From: Naegleria gruberi
Lineage: Eukaryota
Length of the DNA stretch: 1,196 bases
Direction: 5' to 3' (one strand)
Assembly (NCBI GenBank): GCA_000004985.1
Contig: GG739509.1
This document shows positions 1-1,196 of this stretch, one piece after another. The notes below the pieces were generated by a model, which saw only the letters and a list, made by a program, of their open reading frames with translations, did not search any database and was not told where the DNA came from. A program made the position numbers and the translations under genes. Position 1 is the first letter of the stretch. Each line of letters begins with the position of its first letter.

Positions 1-73
1 TTTGACATTGACAAGTATTATAATCAATACAAATACCATGTGAAGAACAAACTTGTGAGGAATTTGAGGAATT
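1..73 (-). CDS. Probable continuation of the same CDS in the -1 frame, completing EGF-like unit 5; the 3' end runs off the window at base 1. The frame break at about 73-75 indicates a frameshift, a sequencing error or a pseudogenised copy.
   Basis: Read with codon first bases at plus positions congruent to 1 mod 3 (73..71 = AAT), the translation is NSSNSSQVCSSHGICIDYNTCQCQ. This matches the consensus of the preceding units (SNSS.VCS.HG.C..YNTC.C). It also restores the exact 10-residue C1-C2 spacing when joined to ENTICFG, which ends at codon 75..73. The Gly codon 75..73 and the Asn codon 73..71 overlap by one base, as expected if a single nucleotide is missing. Neither frame has a stop before base 1. 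Confidence 0.55.
56..73. repeat. Perfect 9-bp tandem duplication, tgaggaatt x2 on the plus strand. It lies in codon register with the shifted frame and encodes NSS-NSS on the minus strand.
   Basis: Plus-strand bases 56-64 and 65-73 are identical (tgaggaatt). The second copy abuts the inferred one-nucleotide frame break at 73-75. An EcoRI site (gaattc, 69-74) overlaps the junction. Confidence 0.7.
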
Positions 74-1196
74 CCAAAGCAGATTGTATTTTCGCAATAC
101 TTTCCAAAGTAATTGGATTTACATTTACATGTTTCATACGAGGTACAAGGTCCTTTGGCATTACAGACAGTTGATGAATTTGAAAGTATAGAGCCACAAG
201 TTGTTACATTACAATTATGTCCATAATATTGAGAATCACAAACACATGTATCAGTTTCTACACATGCACCGTGTGAGCTGCAAACTTGGGAATACGTATT
301 TTGAAGTCCAAAACATTCTAAAACCTCACAATTACTACCTGAACTACCAGGAGCACAAACACAAGTGTTATATTCTACACATCTTCCATGTCTTGAACAA
401 ACATTAGAAGAATTGGAAGCAACACCACTACAATATGTATTTTCACAGTAAGCACCAAAATGGTTGCTATCACATTTACAAGTGTTATAGTCAATGCATT
501 TACCATTTCTCGAACATACACTCGTATTGGTAGCCATTATATCATAGCAGATAGGTTTACAAGTAAATCCACCATATCCTGTGGGACATGTTGCCTTAAT
601 AGATCTAATCAATCCATTTTTAGCATCTGCTATCAATAACTCATTGCCTGACAAGAACAATCCTGCAGGATCATCAAACTTGGCGTCACTCAATTCACTC
701 TGGTCTTGTGCAATATGCATTCCAATGGTTGAAAATTTTCCAGAAAGTATGTTAATAGTTTTTCCATCAGAAGAAACATATCTAATATAGTTTGATCCAG
801 AATCTGTGAAAATGATGGTTCCATCCTCAGCAACCGTTAATCCCTTTGGAGTATTTAAAGATGCACTTGTTGGTAATCCACCATCTTTACTCAAGGATTC
901 AGTAGTTGCTCGAACACCATTTCCAGCAATTGTTGAGATTTTACCAGTGGAAGCTGTTACAAGTCTAATTTTGTGGTTTAAGGTGTCTGTGAAATAAATG
1001 TCACCTCCATCTGTCACAAAAAGACCATTCGGAAGATTCAATTTAGCCATTGTTGCTAAACCGCCATCTCCACAACTACTAGATGAATTGCTACAAGTTT
1101 CACCAGTACCAGCTACTGTTATAATTGTTCCATTTGTCAAAATTTTACGAATACGATTATTACCACCATCACTGAAATAGATTGATCCATCCTTGT
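73..1196 (-). CDS. Partial CDS, with the N-terminal side running off the window at 1196. It encodes an extracellular-type protein with NHL-repeat beta-propeller blades followed by tenascin/teneurin-type EGF-like repeats.
   Basis: Reverse-complement frame with codon first bases at plus positions divisible by 3 (first full codon 1194..1192 = AAG). It stays open for about 373 codons in sequence of roughly 33% GC, where stops would be frequent by chance. Translation begins KDGSIYFSDGGNNRIRKILTNGTIITVAGTGETCSNSSSSCGDGGLATMAKLNLPNGLFVTDGGDIYFTDTLNHKIRLVTASTGKISTIAGNG and continues through ATCPTGYGGFTCKPICYDIMATNTSVCSRNGKCIDYNTCKCDSNHFGAYCENTYCSGVASNSSNVCSRHGRCVEYNTCVCAPGSSGSNCEVLECFGLQNTYSQVCSSHGACVETDTCVCDSQYYGHNCNVTTCGSILSNSSTVCNAKGPCTSYETCKCKSNYFGKYCENTICFG. 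The repeated domain motifs are listed in the two domain features below. The ORF is absent from the supplied track, presumably because it has no stop and no defined start inside the window. Confidence 0.88.
595..1196 (-). other. NHL-repeat region: at least four blades of a beta-propeller, the first cut by the window edge.
   Basis: Four units each show the P.GL(F/T) ... DG(G).IYF(T/S)D..N..IR.(I/V) ... G pattern that defines NHL repeats. Blade A is about 1102..1196 (DGSIYFSDGGNNRIRKILTNGTIITVAGTG). Blade B is about 916..1068 (DGGLATMAKLNLPNGLFVTDGGDIYFTDTLNHKIRLVTASTGKISTIAGNG). Blade C is about 739..903 (KDGGLPTSASLNTPKGLTVAEDGTIIFTDSGSNYIRYVSSDGKTINILSG). Blade D is about 595..708 (FDDPAGLFLSGNELLIADAKNGLIRSIK). 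Matching to this family is by eye from the motif; a profile search was not possible. Confidence 0.75.

Larger units (their letters stand above)
1..591 (-). other. Array of EGF-like cysteine-rich repeats with a 39-aa / 117-nt period. It has one short N-terminal capping unit, four full units and a fifth that runs off the window. Each full unit matches PROSITE EGF_1 (C-x-C-x(5)-G-x(2)-C).
   Basis: Units in plus coordinates, coding on the minus strand: unit 0 at 547..588 (CPTGYGGFTCKPIC), unit 1 at 445..546, unit 2 at 328..444, unit 3 at 211..327, unit 4 at 94..210, unit 5 at 1..93 (contains the frame break). Full units have six Cys with spacing C-x10-C-x5-C-x5-C-x-C-x8-C-x4. The C2..C6 segment, for example CSSHGACVETDTCVCDSQYYGHNC, parallels tenascin/teneurin EGF (CSGHGRCV..C.C..GF.G..C). 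The extended C1-C2 loop carries N-x-S/T sequons (NTS, NSS, NVT, NSS, NSSNSS). Confidence 0.8.

Noticed and set aside
1-72. Reading the original minus frame through the break as a genuine C-terminal transmembrane anchor (KFVLHMVFVLIIILV)
   Set aside because: Not adopted as the primary annotation. The -1 frame over the same bases reproduces the EGF repeat consensus residue-for-residue, so the hydrophobic stretch is most simply the out-of-frame reading of a Cys-repeat unit. It is kept as an alternative in the findings because the window ends before any stop.
201-407. Plus-strand ORF of 68 aa (MLHYNYVHNIENHKHMYQFLHMHRV...)
   Set aside because: Lies entirely antisense to EGF-like units 2-4 of the minus-strand gene. 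Its His/Tyr/Lys-rich low-complexity composition is what the reverse complement of Cys/Asn/Val-rich coding sequence produces. It has no domain-like features.
663-668. PstI (ctgcag) and EcoRI (gaattc at 69-74) restriction sites as possible cloning-vector junctions
   Set aside because: The flanking sequence on both sides of each site is continuous coding sequence of the same gene, so there is no evidence of a vector junction. Only the EcoRI site's coincidence with the frame break is noted, under the findings.
581-790. Plus-strand ORF of 69 aa (MGHVALIDLINPFLASAINNS...)
   Set aside because: Antisense to NHL blade D and the junction cap of the strongly supported minus-strand CDS. Short, with no recognisable motif.
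806-997. Plus-strand ORF of 63 aa (MKMMVPSSATVNPFGVFKDALVGNPP...)
   Set aside because: Antisense to NHL blade C; a shadow ORF of the minus-strand gene.
998-1180. Plus-strand ORF of 60 aa (MSPPSVTKRPFGRFNLAIVAKPPSPQ...)
   Set aside because: Antisense to NHL blades A/B; a shadow ORF of the minus-strand gene.
1-1196. Introns, promoters, terminators, tRNA/rRNA, CRISPR or mobile-element signatures
   Set aside because: The minus-strand frame is open across the whole window with no stop-rich, extremely AT-rich interval that would indicate an intron. There is no intergenic DNA, no spacer/repeat architecture, and no inverted-repeat termini or RNA-gene-like structure. Nothing supports such calls.

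Overview
Almost the whole window (at least bases 73-1196) is one continuous open reading frame on the minus strand, about 373 codons with no stop. It is open at both ends, which is probably why the ORF track does not list it. Translated N- to C-terminus (plus coordinate 1196 down to 1), it encodes at least four NHL-type beta-propeller blade repeats (595-1196). A 117-nt / 39-aa periodic array of cysteine-rich EGF-like units follows (1-591). These carry the C-x-C-x(5)-G-x(2)-C signature of tenascin/teneurin-like EGF domains and many N-x-S/T sequons, so the product is probably a secreted or cell-surface glycoprotein. The AT-rich, A/T-ending codon usage is best explained by an AT-rich eukaryote; the organism cannot be named from this window. 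Near the 3' end of the gene, at plus 73-75, the reading frame appears to break by one nucleotide. The EGF unit continues perfectly in the -1 frame, while the original frame reads into a hydrophobic stretch. The four listed plus-strand ORFs are antisense shadows of this gene. No RNA genes, CRISPR arrays, mobile elements or intergenic regulatory DNA are visible; the window is entirely intragenic.
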